NCBI RefSeq assembly: GCF_036321535.1
Contig: NC_087436.1
Coordinates: forward strand, 92,506,001-92,566,000
Source of the DNA: Camelus dromedarius
Lineage: Eukaryota
Direction of reading: 5' to 3'
DNA length: 60,000 bases
In this document: one piece after another, positions 1 to 13,933 of the stretch
Numbering within the stretch: position 1 is the first letter of the stretch
Layout of the letters: every line of letters starts with the position of its first letter
Notes under the pieces: generated by a model
Told to the model about the DNA's origin: nothing
The model's input: only the letters and a program-made list of their open reading frames with translations
Database searches by the model: none
Position numbers and translations under genes: made by a program

Positions 1-84
1 ATCATTATCAAGAACTATTTTTTAAAAGCTTATGTACTTTGACCCATTAATTCTACTTCTAAGAATTCAGCCTAAAAGAAGAAA

Positions 85-250
85 AAGGACACAAGAAAAT
101 TTTTGGAGGTGGTGGCTATGTATGTTTCCTTGATTAGGTGACGATTTCATGAATGTACACACATGTCCAAACTCACCAAAATGTATACAGTAAATGTATG
201 TCTTTTTTGTATATCAATTTTATCTCAATAAAGCTATTTTTATTAAAAAA
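85..250 (+). mobile_element. Old L1M 3' end fragment nested in older L1-like sequence (1-560)
   Basis: Typical L1M terminus ...gtatatcaattttatctcaataaagct plus an A-rich tail. Confidence 0.6.
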
Positions 251-1006
251 GAATTAATCCTAAGGAAATAGAGATATGTAGGATTTCTGTACAGGAATAT
301 TCAGTTCGGAATTACGTATAATAGCAAAAACTGAAAGCAAGCTAAATATCCAAAAATAGGTATAGCCACACTGTAGGGGATATACATTCATTAACATCAT
401 TTAAAAGGATATGTAACAACATAAGAAAATGCCTATTATATAATGTTAAGAAGGAGAGGAGCAGAACATGACACTACATACTAGTTTCCAGAGGACAGAT
501 TTATGAACATATATAAATGAACTATATGAATACAACCAACACGGAAGAAAACAAATGGTGATGGGACTATTATAGGAAATTATTTAATTTTTAAAAATAG
601 ACATATTTTATATTATAATAAAAATAACAATAATCTTTATCTATCGGAAGGTAGATATTTTAAAAGGGAATTAAAGCTCTAAAAATTTAATGGCATAAAA
701 TACGTTCCCTAAAATACCTTTTAGGAAACACAGTTTTGTCTAACTTTTTAAAAATCTGATTGCCTATAGATATAGTTCTTTTTTGATTCAACAAGTGGAA
801 CCAATTCTGACTTAAATAGCAAAGACCTTATGAAAGCATCCCTTCAAATTAAAAAGTGAAGCAAAGAAATGCCATTTTCAAGAGAGTCATGAAACTGCTG
901 TGTTAATGACGCTGTTATGCAGTGGTTGAGTTTACCGCAGATTCTAAGAAATGTGTTTATGGTTTTGTGTTCTAATTTGAGGGTCTTGGGGTTGTTTTCT
1001 TCCCAG

Positions 1007-1081
1007 ATCTGGTTTGCCTTTGTTAATGGCTTTTCTGGACAGATCCTCTTTGAGAGATGGTGCATAGGTCTTTATAACGTG
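1007..1081 (+). CDS. ATP8A1: ATP8A1 coding exon ([25 protein letters not shown]); upstream exons lie outside the window
   Basis: Acceptor ttcttcccag| and donor |gtaagt; 75 nt, phase 0-0; P4-ATPase TM5-TM6 signature FxNGFSGQ..W.I..YN. Confidence 0.96.
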
Positions 1082-1185
1082 GTAAGTTTAGGCCTTCTGA
1101 TTATTCCTGTTCCTTGGAATACTTTGAGATAAAAGTTCACCCTGTGTTTGGCTGGCTGGTGAAATGACTAGTTTGTGCACTTTAG

Positions 1186-1308
1186 ATGTTTACAGCAATG
1201 CCGCCCTTAACTCTGGGAATATTTGAGAGGTCATGCAGAAAAGAGAATATGTTGAAATATCCTGAATTATACAAAACGTCTCAGAACGCCCTGGACTTCA
1301 ACACCAAG
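1186..1308 (+). CDS. ATP8A1: ATP8A1 coding exon ([41 protein letters not shown])
   Basis: actttag| acceptor, AAG|gtagga donor; 123 nt, phase 0-0; FT..PP..LGIFE..PELY motif; follows a 104-nt intron. Confidence 0.96.
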
Positions 1309-4253
1309 GTAGGACTCAGTGCCCTGGTGGGACTTGCTTTTCTTCTCCGATCGTTTGGGCCACCTGGTCTTCCACAGCCAAGGAAACAACTCCAGGGTCC
1401 CGACCATGGCAAGTCAGATTTGCTTAAGATTCTGATATGACTGAAGAGGTGTTTTGTTTTGCTGTAAATTTAAAATGTAACCACAGTTCACTGGGGTTTG
1501 CCAGGCAGCAGTAAACTGGATCTGGCAGGCAGAGGGGGTATCCCCTTGGCCCTCTGACTTTCTGTCTTCGCAGTGTTGTAGGAAGGTGCTCACTCATCCA
1601 GGACTGACAAGGACTGTATTTACAAGTATGAAATAGTGAGGATGATATATCACTCTTTACTGATTTTTGGTTTTGTAAAATGACTTTGTCCCCATTCGAA
1701 TATTAAATTGCTTTGGGCATTAAAAATATAGTCTCTGGTAGATAACTCATTTAACCTTAATACTTCAGTATTTCCAAGCTATAAAATTTAATGTAAGATA
1801 AAATAGCCAACATTTTATCCAAAATTATATTCTGGGTTTATATCCTTCATAGCAAACTATGGGCTACTGTCACCTTTGTGATCCAGGGTACGTACTCATC
1901 CCAGCGACAAAAATATCTCATTTCCTGTATAGTTTATTTTACTGCAATTATTTATTCTAGTTTTCCACTGGTGTTTGTTAGTAATTCAGGTTTCTATCCA
2001 GTGTCAGTGAGGGAAAAAAAAATTTTAATTTTATAACAGTCAAGGTGGATGCCATTTCAAAACTATCATAAAAGCATCAAATACGCCTTCAGAGAATTTT
2101 TTCCCATTGTATATTTAGTGCATATTTATTAGCATGTTACTAATAATTAGATTAACCTAACTTCAGTGTTTTGAATTTAGGAAGTGAATATAGGATATTT
2201 TAAACATTTATTAATTCATAAAACTCTCAAATGGACATTTGTTCTCAGTCTACCGAGAGAGTAAAGTGAAACAGGTGTGTCAGTGCCTCCACCCTCGCAC
2301 AGTAAATGACGGTGTGAAGTTTATCACCAGGATGTTATTCATCTTCTGAGACTAGGTCTTCATGAATGTCCTGTGCAAATGTGTCCAGGTGTGCATATGC
2401 ATACAACTTGAGGGCATGGTTTTAAATTACTGAATTTGGTTAAATTTTTTTTAAAAAACTAAGATTCTTTGACTTACATCGTTGGTTCTAATGGATATTT
2501 TTAGTGGTCCCTTAAAACTTGCTATTTATAATATGCAGTGTCTGCTTTTATTTTTAAATGTTTTATTTTTGGATTTTTTTCAGAATTTTTTTTTTAGTCT
2601 TCTTTTCTTTTATTCCCACTTTAATTTATTGTCTTATAATTTTTTCTTCTTTTAGTTCAGTTATTCATTTTGAGCCTTTTTTTTAGTTAATAGGTTTTGT
2701 AGTCTATTATTTATTATGTCATTAACTACTATGAAATCATACTAATATTCTTAAGAGATCTTTCCATTATTGATCATTATCCAATTTATTTTTGATATCC
2801 AGTTTGTGTTAAACTCCACTGCCTTGCTGTAATGTTTTTCATTACCTGTGGTGAATATTTTCACATGGTGGAAAGCCACAATCAGGGCAGATAGAATAGA
2901 CCGTGAGCTCTTGTTTCCTTGAAAATGTGATCCGAGACTAAGAAAGTTTCAGGCACACTAACAGTAAACCTCCTCGACCGAGACCCTCGCATCAGCCTCC
3001 GCCACCCTTCCCCATCTGCCGCAGCTCCGGCTCCGCAGTGTTCTCTCAGGAGTTATGTCCCAGCCCCTAAGTTGGCCGTGGTACTCTTGCTTAGAAACAT
3101 AAAGTGATCCTCACAGGATGACCCAAAACCACTCCTGGGAAGTCAAACCCTTTCATGCCCTTTGCACATGGCACCATGGAAACAGTTTTGTGGCCAGAGA
3201 AAAAGGTGCAGCAGGTAGTGTATAGTTTTAATGTGTGAGCATCATCCCTTGCATTTTTGCTGTTCTTTTGTTGTACACAAAGTGTTTCATTGTCTGCAAA
3301 GCCCATGCATTTCGAGAAGTCATCAGATCAACCCGAATAGATTATATAACTCCTGTATGCATTTTAAGTATTTATAGATGCACAAGATGCCAACAATTTT
3401 TATAGGGTTATGGGTTTTTCTAATGATTTCAGTGAAAAATTCTTTGAATAAGTCCCATATAAACGTTTTAAAATTCAGGGACAAATGGTTACAAAATGCA
3501 GAGTTGTATACACAGCAGTGGCTGTGGGTCCCCAGCGTGGAAGCATCGTTGCCCTGAATGATGATGATTACGTTTGTTATGGTAAAAAGGGTCGGAGGTT
3601 CTGAGGTCGTGACAGGGGTTAAAGGATTAGCATGTGACAATAAGTATCGGTCAGGAAAATGGAAAAGTAGAACTAATTTTTCTTGCACCCACCTGTGCTT
3701 TCTGTCAAATAAAAACTTGCGGTAATGACATAGTGAGGAGAAGAGACAAAGGTTAATGAGTAACACAAGTTCAAATGTGTAATGTATTGGAGCGTAAATT
3801 GGATCATACAATCCAGTGTGGCTGGGTGAACTAACAAAGGAGGTTGAGATCACAGTGGAAAATGTTGGGAGGCAGGCAACTTAATTTCTGTTGTTTGAAC
3901 AGCTTAAAACTATTAATACATGCCAATTTTATTTAGCATAAGTTTTGTTTGCAAGAGGCACTTTTAAATGACAAAACTGCAACCGTTCAAAGGGTCGTTA
4001 AGAGTTCTTAATGGTTTTTCTGTAACTTAATCTTTCACATCCATGTTACGAAGAAAGGACCAGTGATACTTGCTTCCTTGTTCTTAAAATACAATAGAGA
4101 AAGTAATTACTATTAAATGATGTTATAATTGAATGAAGTTTGATGTTGACAGGTGTTTAAAAATTGTGAAAGTCTCTTATATCTTCGGCCCTAGTGAAAA
4201 TGCTTTGCTTTAAGGAGTTAATACGATTTAAATGTTATACTTGTAATTTATGG

Positions 4254-4254
<1 letters not shown>

Positions 4255-4302
<48 letters not shown>
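4255..4302. repeat. (TG)24 microsatellite
   Basis: Perfect dinucleotide run. Confidence 0.97.
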
Positions 4303-4306
<4 letters not shown>

Positions 4307-4757
4307 GAGAGAGAATGCATTATATCCTTACCATTAAAATGTTTACACTTTTATTTGCCTGAAAAAGAGAAAATAGGGATTTCACCAAATCATAGTCTTT
4401 TTCAAAATTCTGTTCTCTTCTGGAATTATGAAGATAGTCCCACTTAAAGAATTTCAGGATCTGCAGTTATCTTAAATTTTATTTTCTTTTTCAGGCAGGA
4501 ATTTAAACTTTTAATACTTGGTTTTTAAAAAGTAGAAAAATTTCAGTGAGGCTGAAAAAACATTTGAGAAACATAAAAATAAATAAATGACCCATGAAGG
4601 TCTAAGAGGCAGAAAGTGTCTGTCAGTTCTTTTAATTCACAGTGGTGGCCCGACAGAAACACGTTTTGTGAATCTAGCTCACAGATAAAAAGAAAGGTCA
4701 GGGTTCACAGAGCTAGTTTATCGCAAATGGTTCTCATGGATTTTTGTTTTCCCTCAG

Positions 4758-4836
4758 GTTTTCTGGGTTCATTGTTTAAATGGCCTCTTCCACTCCGTTA
4801 TTCTGTTTTGGTTTCCACTAAAAGCCCTTCAGTATG
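4758..4836 (+). CDS. ATP8A1: ATP8A1 coding exon ([27 protein letters not shown])
   Basis: ttttccctcag| acceptor, G|gtaagt donor; 79 nt, phase 0-1. Confidence 0.95.
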
Positions 4837-5711
4837 GTAAGTAGAAAGGATTTGAATGCTAAGAGATGACTTTTTACTTTTTTAGAAAAATAACATTGTC
4901 AATATGCGTTAAAAATGATAGCAATGTTTCATTTTATGGTATTTTCCTTAACCTAAAATACATGCGTCTAGAAGTTGTACACACTTTACAGATTTTTACT
5001 GTTCCTTTGGGAGCATAGTGATTTAATATATGCAAAGCCTTTCTTCCCTGCTTCTCATGTTTTCCAAATATGCAGAGAGCTTAATTTTAGGGCTCTTTTT
5101 TCCCCTCTGCTGAAGACAATAGTGCTAATATTTTATTTAGTCTCTTTATTACCCCTGTGAGGCTTGTACCAACTCGTTATACTGAACTTAATCAGGCACG
5201 CTAGTATTTTCCAGTGTACGTCCTTGGGCCGGTGTTTTGAATGAGATTTTTAATATGTTTTTATGTGCATCTTGAAGGGTGATCTTTTTCTCTGCTTGCT
5301 CTGAGGCAGTGAGGTTATTGTGTTAGTTGTGAGAGAGAGGATCATGGTAAATTTCCTATGCACATAAAAATGTTAAGGAGCCACGTTAGAAAAGAGATCC
5401 CTGGGATGCTGAAGCTGGTGCTGCCGTGTCCGGAGCAGTCCTTGCCCTGAGATCCCGTGGACGATGGCTGACCGTTCAGCTCCCAGACTATGTACTTGAC
5501 ACACGACGTGTGCTCCTCCCGAGCATCTGTGCATCATTTAGCGGTGCCAGTGTCCCTGTGGACTGTGAGTTAATGCCGGCCGAGGGAGTGGAGTGTCTTC
5601 TCTTCCTCCCACCTATAGTCGGTTCACTACAGGCGGCCACAGGGATCCCTGGAAAACAGAAATCAGACCCAGTGCCTCTCTCCTCAAAACTCCACAGACT
5701 CTGTCCCATTT

Positions 5712-6393
5712 TTTAATATATATATTTTTACTGAAGTGTAGTCAGTTTACAGTGCGGTGTCAATTTCTGGTGTACAGCACAGTGCTTCAGTCATACATGA
5801 ACATACAAGTATTTGTTTTCATATTTTTTCACCATAAGTTACTATAAGGTATTGAATATAGTTCCCTGTGCTATACAGTATAAACTGATTGTTTATCTAT
5901 TTTATATATAGTAGTTAGTATCTGCAGATTTCAAAATTCCCAATTTATCCCTTCCCACCTTCTTCCCCACTGGTAACCATACGTTTGTTTTCTATGTCTG
6001 TGAGTCTGTTTCTGTTTTGTAAATAAGTTCGTCTTTTTTTTATATTCCACATATAAGTGATATCATATGGTATTTTTCTTTCTCTTTCTGGCTTCCTTCA
6101 CTTAGTATGACAATTTCCAGGTCCATCCATGTTGCTGCAAATGGCATTATTTTATTCTTTTTTATGGCTGAGTAGTATTCCATTGTATAAATGCACTACA
6201 GCTTCTTTATCCAGTCATCTGTCAATAGACATTTAGATTGTTTCCATATCTTAGCTATTGTAAATAGTGCTGCTATGAACATTGGAGATTCCTCAAAAGA
6301 CTAAAAATCAACTTACCATATGATCCAGCAATCCCACTCCTGGGCATATATTCAGAGGGAACCTTAATTCAAAAAAATACATGCACCCAATGT
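5712..6393 (-). mobile_element. 5'-truncated, 5'-inverted L1 (twin priming)
   Basis: 5712-6285 is an L1 3' end on the - strand; 6283-6395 is the adjacent upstream L1 segment on the + strand; imperfect TSD tctgtcccattt (5700-5711) / tctatcacattt (6394-6405). Confidence 0.85.
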
Positions 6394-6399
6394 TCTATC

Positions 6400-6875
6400 A
6401 CATTTAGAACGAAATCTACAGCCCCAGCCTTGGCCAACCCCACCAATCCTTCCTCCCCATCACTGTCACCCTCCGAGCTTTCCCCCACACCCAGCTCCAG
6501 CCCACAGGCATTGTGCTATTCCTCACTCTTCACCTGCTGTTCCAGCTGGCTCTCTCCCTTCTGCCCTGGCCCTGGCGTCTGTGCTCTGTGCTGGAAGAGG
6601 CCCTCCCAGATCACTCAACCCTAAAGAACCACCAGCCCCACCGCCACTGCTCCTGCCACTCTCCCCCTGTCCTCCTGTGTCTTACTCATGGTGCATGACT
6701 ATCAGGCTGTGACATATTTGCTTATTTTTTTTTTATTGTCATTCTCCTCTGTTAGAATCAAAGCTCCAGAAGGGCAGGGAACTGTCCATTTAGTTCACTG
6801 TTGTTTTCGCAGTGCCTAGAGCAGGGCCTGGCTCCCTGGAGGCGCCCAGGCCACCGTGGCTGAGTTAATGAGGGC
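6400..6875 (+). mobile_element. L2 fragment (3' end)
   Basis: ...ttagaatcaaagctccagaagggcaggg...gttcactgttg...cagtgcctagagcagggcctggc, typical L2 3' region. Confidence 0.6.
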
Positions 6876-7077
6876 AGGTGGCATGAGTGGGGGTAGAGAG
6901 TGTTACAGGGAAGGCAGCAGTTTCATGTTCTCATCAGGGATTCCTCTCCTTCCTTTATTAACGGCTCTGCCAGTACAACAGTGACTGCTTCTCATTTTCT
7001 ACAGCAGGGAAATACATGTGGTAAGAAAATCTAAATATAAGATATTGACCCAGTAGGCCAGGAGAATCACAGTGGGA

Positions 7078-7470
7078 TTTTTTTTTTTAGATAAAATTTA
7101 CATACCATAAAATTCACCCTTTTAAATTATACAATTCAGTGGTTTCTAGTAGATTCACAGAATTGTGCAAATGTCCCCACTCTCTAATGCCAGAACATTG
7201 TCATCACCCCATCCCCTAAAGCAGTCCCTCCTCGTTTCCCCTCACCCCCACCCCCCAGTCTCCAGCAGCCACTGATTTTTGTCTCAGGTTTGCCTGTTCT
7301 GGACATTTCATATAAATGGAATCATGACACATGACCATAGTTCATCCCTGTTGCAGCATGAATCAGTACTTCCTTCCTTTTTACAGGTGAATAATATTTC
7401 ATTGTATGGATAGACCATATTTTGTTTATCCTTTTATCCACTGAAGGACATTTGGATTGCTTCCACTTTG
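7078..7470 (-). mobile_element. L1MB-like 3' fragment
   Basis: Poly-T then ataaaatttacataccataaaattcacc...ggacatttcatataaatggaatcat...ggacatttggattgcttccacttt. Confidence 0.75.
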
Positions 7471-8102
7471 GGGAGCCATGGGGTGTTGAAATCCAGGGTA
7501 CAATACAGGACCCATTAGATAAGTACTCCAGGGAGTTTATTTTCCTAACGCAAAATCAGTATATTTGTATGGAAGACCAGGCATGGCCATCTAGGAAACT
7601 GTTATTCTAGTATTATAAATTAGAAAAAAAAAAGGAACTTACTGTCAAAAGGAGCTCAAACTGAACAGCATCTAAAACGCCCTACCGATCAAAACACTTC
7701 AGCAGTAACAGGGTTTGAAAGGAACTCCCAAGTAATTCCAGCCCCTTAAGACCAGACCCTAGGTCTCCCTTTGCATTTGTCTTGGGGGGCTGCCAAAGCC
7801 ATCGGCCTCAGCAGAGGCTGCTCACGAGGGGTTCTGCCTGCGGAACCCACTTCTAGCCAAGTCCCAAGAATGCATGCTTTCTCATCTTAGGAGATAAATG
7901 ACATAGCACATAAACTGCATCTCAACATTCTGATGTTTTTTGCCTTGTTTTTGTTTTTAAATTAGGAGGGGTTTTGTTTTTTTTTTCTTTTTGTGTTTTT
8001 GTTGTTTTTGTTTGTTTTTTCTAGCTTTGGAAAGGATGGGGTGCAGAAGAAATAGAAACAGCTATATAATGTAGAGCTAAATATTCACGTATTCAGTTGC
8101 TT

Positions 8103-9250
8103 CAGCCTTTCTCAAAGTATGGTCTGTAGACACCAGGGAAATACCCAAAACCTTCTAAAGGAAGATCCATGAGTGAGTTCAAATTTTCAGTTTCAAATTT
8201 TTTGTATTTTCAAGACATTACTTACCTTTTTCACTGCTATTGCAAGAGCAACAGTGGGTAAAATTGCTGGTACCTGGACACAAACAGTGGTGTAGTTGTA
8301 CCAGAAGTCATTGTAGTCTTCACTGCCATGGACTCACATGGAAAAAACAACCCAGAAAAGCCATTTCACTTAAGAATGCCCTTGAAGAAGCTGTAAACCT
8401 CATACTGTTATTAAATCCTGAAACTTGATACACAGTTTATTAATATTCTGTGTCACAAAACGGAAAGTATGCACAGAGCGCTCCGGCTGCCTTCCACGGC
8501 GCAGCCGCTGTGTCAAGGCGGAGTGTCTGGGGATTGTTGTGAGCTGTGAGCTGTGGGCTGTGAGCTGTGAGCTGACCCAGCTGCTTTTGTGAGGTTCCAG
8601 AAAAGATCCATTCAAAGGGCAAACTGGACCAATGGATTTTTTTTCTTTTTTTTTATTGTAACATTAGTTTATAGTATTATGTAAGTTCTGTGTGTACAAC
8701 AGTGTGTTTCTTCTTCTGTCTGCACAGCAGTGTGCTCACCACCAAAACAGTTTCAGGTTCCACAGTGAAACTAAGCTTTAGGAAACTGTCTCTACCTCAT
8801 TAAGAGACCACTTGTTGAGTTTTGATGTTGTCTCAAAGAGTAGCCGTGGGTATTAGAAAAGGTTATCAAAATACGTCTCTCCTTTATAACTCCCATCTCT
8901 CTGTGAAGTTGGATTTCCCTCGTATATGTCAACCAAAACAATACGAGAATCCAGCTCTGTTAACCTAGACATTAAAGAGATGATAAAAAAAAATGTAAAA
9001 CAGTGCTGATTTTCTCACTAATTTTTTTTGTTTGAGAGAATAGTTGTTTCGTAAAATCTGTTTATATTACATATATTGGGATTATTCCTGTTATGTTTAG
9101 ATAAATCAATACATATTTTTTAAATTTCTGTCTTAATTTCTAATTTGGTAATTATCGATAGTTATAAACCACATAAACAAAAGCTCTGGGAGATTCCTAA
9201 TAAGCTTTAAGAGTGTTAAGGGGTCCGGAGAACAGAAAGTGTTAGCACGA
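8103..9250. mobile_element. hAT-Charlie (Charlie1-like) DNA transposon relic, interrupted by a short L1 3' piece (~8637-8750)
   Basis: Starts cagcctttctcaaagtatggtc; ends ...taaacaaaagctct...taagagtgttaaggggtcc...; family from recall. Confidence 0.6.
8538..8574. repeat. 7-bp tandem repeat (TGTGAGC) x5.3
   Basis: Direct reading; one unit variant TGTGGGC. Confidence 0.9.
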
Positions 9251-10717
9251 ATAATTTACCTGAACCATCCAAATGCTAAACCTGACAAATTCAACAACAG
9301 CTTTTACCTTTTTTCCTCAATTCAATTTTGAAATGATACTCCAGCTCCCTTGTGACAACCCAGTGGTGACGAGAAGGTCTAGTTGGACCGGACTGTGATT
9401 ATGTTGGATAACTCGCTTATGTTGATCAAAGGACCTAACCAATGTGCCTCATAGCAGAAGCATGGAAGTTCAGAAGTAATCACAAGATACCTTCAGTTAT
9501 TTTGTAGATTTGAGTTTGTTAATTTGGGTCTACGGAAGTTTGTGGATTAATTGCAGACATCTGCGTTTGTCCACCACATCCCCACAGGACATGTTAGCAC
9601 ATCAGAAACTATGTCTTCCATCATGGAATACCCTAGGTTTCTACTAGGCTATTCTGAACGCCTTCGAGAGGGAAGGGTCACACTCTGGAGCCTGGCTGGG
9701 CGCTTTATATATTTAGCTCACTTTAACCTCCGAACCCCTCCAGGGTAGATAGTTTCACTCAATCTTTTAAGTGAAGGAACTGAATTCCATGGAGACTGAT
9801 GACAAATAACCCAAGATGACGCAGCCTGTAATGGACCCTAGCCTGGTCTGTCTCTCCAGAGCCCACCGGACTCATCTTTCTCCCTCATTCCAGCACCACT
9901 CTGCCTGCCTCCCCACATAGTCAACTCTAACATGCTTGGTCCTTACGTATTAGACTGAATAAATATTGTCAAATATGTGCCTCAGTAAAATCCTGCATGA
10001 CACATACCATGGGTTTTTAATTTTTCAATGGTACCAATGATTAAATTAGTATTTTTATTTTTGTTTGATTTTTTTTTTAATCAGTAATAGTGATTTTTGT
10101 TTGTTAGTACCACTCCCTTCATCTGAAGCCATGTTTGTTAGTCACTGTTGGAATAACAAAATACCTTTAGGTAAGCCCCTAAATTCAGCCGGATCCTCAA
10201 AGCGCCGTATGCCTGGGATTAAATTGGTGCTCCCCTGCCCTCTGTAGGTTGCTTTTTGGAATCCCTTTCAGCCAATGCCAACAGACTTTACTGAGAGACA
10301 GTAAGAAGGCTCCCTAAAACCCCGTCTATGCTGTTAACCAAGTGCTTTAGTAAGAAAGGTTCAGAATGCCTTCTCCTGTCTGACTGCCCACAGCATGAAG
10401 CTTTACTGGAACGATTCATTTGATTTTTTTTTTAAATCTAATGAACCTTGAGAATTGGTTAACAGGTCCAGTTTCCTTCTTCACGTTGGCTACTAGAAAT
10501 CTGATTTTCATTTGTTATGATGTTTTACCCGTGTTAATGGCAACTTTACGAGGCCTCATCCAGTGTTTAAAGTAGCCTCAGTTCTGGCTCCCTGTGTGGC
10601 CATAGGTTCTTGTTCTCCTTCTGTGTTCAGCACTTTTCAGTGGATTTATCTTTGAAAGGATTCTGAAAGGACCTCATTTATTTTCTTCTCTAACGAGCCT
10701 CTCTTCTTTTCACACAG

Positions 10718-10779
10718 GTACTGTGTTCGGGAACGGGAGAACCTCCGATTACCTGCTGTTGGGCAACTTTGTTTACACT
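10718..10779 (+). CDS. ATP8A1: ATP8A1 coding exon (G-TVFGNGRTSDYLLLGNFVYT)
   Basis: ttcttttcacacag| acceptor, |gtgagt donor; 62 nt, phase 1-0, completing the Gly codon of the previous exon. Confidence 0.95.
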
Positions 10780-12194
10780 GTGAGTGCAGGACGTTCGCCT
10801 CATTTGTGTATAAAGTCGAATTCGTTCATACGTGCTTATTTTATTTTCACATTTAAATATGTGCATCTCTGGATTTAAGGGTTGTTTACACTTCCCTTTA
10901 AAAATGAAATGAGATATTTTGACTGTTAGATTATTTCATATTAGGTTATAAAAATGTCATGTAGGCTCACCGACTTTATAGGCCTCGGGTTGCTCTTATT
11001 TTCAGTCTTCCTTCTTTACTCTTGTCCCCTCATGTTCTCTTTTTTCTCTTTCTTGTCCCTTTTTCCTCAGTTTTATTTTACTGCCCTTATTAATACTGTC
11101 TTACTTTCTTGAATTTATGGCAGATATTACCATGCTAGTTGGGTGTTTAACCAGGAATTATTCCAGAGTCTCATGATCACGGAAGTGGGACAGAGACCTC
11201 TACTCTTTGGGGACCTTTAACTCGCGCAAGGCATGGCCCCCAGTGTGTTAAGTCACTATGTCAAACGCTTATGGAGGATGTGCAGATGAGTGTGAGCCTA
11301 TCTCTGCCATTAAAGAGCAAATAAAAAATGTTCTAGAACCATTTTTCCTCAAACATCAAAAGCACCACCTGGATGCTAATGCCCAGGGTCGCACAGTCAG
11401 TCTCCAGTGAAAGTTAACTGTAACCTTCAACTCTGAATTCTCTGGCCAGTGACCTTTCCTCTCTGCTCCTGGTCTCCCTTCTTGGCCCTCAGTGGGGCAG
11501 CGTGCTGTCCTAAGTACTAGGTGGCCATCAAACTACAATATGATGTTTAAATAACTGAATGATAGGAAGTTTAGACCATTAAGTAGCAGAGGAATTAAAG
11601 TTCTGGCAAATCTGGGGTCTCCTTTCCATTGACATCAGTCCACTGAAGTAGTAAAAAAAAAAAAAAAAAGGAAAAACATATCTGGGGCCAGTCATTTATT
11701 CTCATACAATGTGAGTGCAAAACAGAAATCAGTAAATACTTGAGAGTTGGAGTAAGGTTAGAAATTAATCAGAGTATGTGCCATAGATGTCTCTGAGGGA
11801 CACTTTCAAGTATCCAAGTCTTACGAGGAAGTGTTTCTTACATTTTGCATAATATTTTCTCTCATTTTAGAATTTCTTATATAGCTTAAGTTAAATAATA
11901 CATAAATTTTAGTAAGAGTTTTATTTCTACAGACATTAATCCTAAATTGCTATTAGCTCTCCTGCTGAGGAAGCCCAAGTGCTTCTCTTTGTCCTGACCC
12001 TGTGACCTCACTGTGAAGCATCGGATACCACGTACATACACACCCTTACAGGGCCCAGAAGTAGTACCACGCACTTGAAGTGCTCACTGACCATCAGTGC
12101 TCGGCGAGCATCGCCCGGCCATCCCAGCAAACTACCGAAAGTGCCCTGAATTCCTTTGAAGACTAACAGTACATAAAGTTTCCTTACTGATGAT

Positions 12195-12410
12195 AAATAG
12201 ATAATAACAGGTAATTCTACAGCGCTAAGCACTGCTCTTGGTGTTTTATACTCACACCCCTGTAAAGTAGGTAGGCTTTGTCCAGCCCAGCTTGCAGATG
12301 AGGGGACTAAGACACGGACAGGCCAGGTAACTCGCCTTGTTCCTTAGCAGAACAGCTGATAGACGTTGGGAGTCTTGAGCACGTATAGCCTGACTCCACT
12401 TAACCGCCAT
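12195..12410 (-). mobile_element. MIR SINE
   Basis: cttgcagatgaggggactaagacac...ggtaactcgcc core in antisense. Confidence 0.6.
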
Positions 12411-12998
12411 GCCATCCTCTGGAAAACACGGGGCAGTTCATTAAACCCCAGTCCCCTCCGTTAGAATTAGTAGCACAGGCACCAGTGACCGTGGGTGTGT
12501 CATCAGGGAGGTGTAACCGGCTCTTACATTCTACTCCACGGGGTTTCAAGTAAGTAAGGTTACAGAGTAAGTGCTCAGGTTTCTAAACACCCAGTTATAT
12601 TACTTTTACAGCTCATCTCTAAAATTTAGAAAGTGGAGGCCCCAAGTATTACAGATGATGTAAAATAAAATTAAAGCCAGGCTGAAAACCCAAGTTACTG
12701 CAGACGATTCTCTGTCGCTATTCATGAATTGTACAAGAGGTAGGCAGGCCCACGCTTGGGAGTCTCGTGGAGGGGCTGCAGGGCAGTGACGGTGAGGAGG
12801 AGGCAGGGACGGGAGACGGGACGGTGGCACCTCCGCTGGGCGGTGCTGGCTGGTCGTGGTCGCAGCGTCCAGCCCCGCAGCTAACACACTTGTTTCTTTG
12901 CTTGTTGGGTGTACAAGTCGAGCTGTGAATAAGCTACCATTCCCATTTGATGAGCTATGGTATTTATGAAATAAAATAATATTTCTCTTCTGTTTTAG

Positions 12999-13055
12999 TT
13001 TGTGGTGATAACTGTGTGTTTGAAAGCTGGATTGGAGACATCGTATTGGACGTGG
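12999..13055 (+). CDS. ATP8A1: ATP8A1 coding exon (FVVITVCLKAGLETSYWTW)
   Basis: ttctgttttag| acceptor, |gtaaga donor; 57 nt, phase 0-0. Confidence 0.95.
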
Positions 13056-13933
13056 GTAAGAATTTCCTTAGTCACAACCAAGAAATGTCACATTTACTTT
13101 TTGTTGTTTTTTTTCATCCTAACTTCATGGGTCAGAATTGTGGTTAATTGTGGGGTTAATTGTGGGGTCAGGCATGGAGCAGGGAGAACTGGGGATTTTA
13201 GTTTAGAAACTCTGAGTAAAACCAATTTAAGGAAGTTTATTTACCACAAGACTTCCCGGAGCCCTGAATGTATTACTGTACATTGTGGACACCCCTGGGC
13301 GGGGGGGCTTGCAGCTTACTGACGAGGAGTCTTTTCTTAATAGAATGTGTGACAAGACTAGCAGAAAACCCACTGGAAAGTAATTTTCAAGAACAATAAT
13401 ATTAGCAAAAAATTTGTCCTCAGACATTTTAAATATCCAGTCTGAATAAAACAAGTTCCTTTCTGGATACGTTCATCCTGCAGTATATTCACATCCAAGT
13501 AGCGAGACCCAGGAAACAAGAAAAAAGCAGATACTCAAGGGAGACTCGACAGACGAAATTTGGACTTGACAGTCATTGGTGCAGATTAGTAGTCCCACGA
13601 GTGTCTTAGCATCTTTCAGTGCGAGCATACAGAGCCAAAATTAAGGCTGCTTAAAGATGGTTAGGGATAAAAAAGGTACAAGATGAGACCCACCAAAGGA
13701 AGTAGAGAAGGAGCAGTTCTAAATGCCAGCACCACAAGCGTTATAGCTGCGGTGGAAGACGTTAGCATTTAATGAAAGACCCAGTTAAAACACACTCAGT
13801 TATTTAGAAATCCCCAGGGATAATATTTTATGGAGGTGGTAAAAATCAGCAAGGGGGTGTGTGGAAGCTCCGTCAGCGTGGGGGTCCTTCGTCCACCTGG
13901 AGGTCCTTTGACTCGAATGTCCTTGCTTCTCAG

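Noticed and set aside
3323..3853. 176-aa minus-strand ORF
   Set aside because: Non-ATG start, AT-rich intronic composition, no recognisable domain or splice context
8538..8574. Short regularly spaced repeats here and at 13137-13170 and 33415-33464, possibly array-like
   Set aside because: Head-to-tail slippage repeats with no unique spacers; not CRISPR-like
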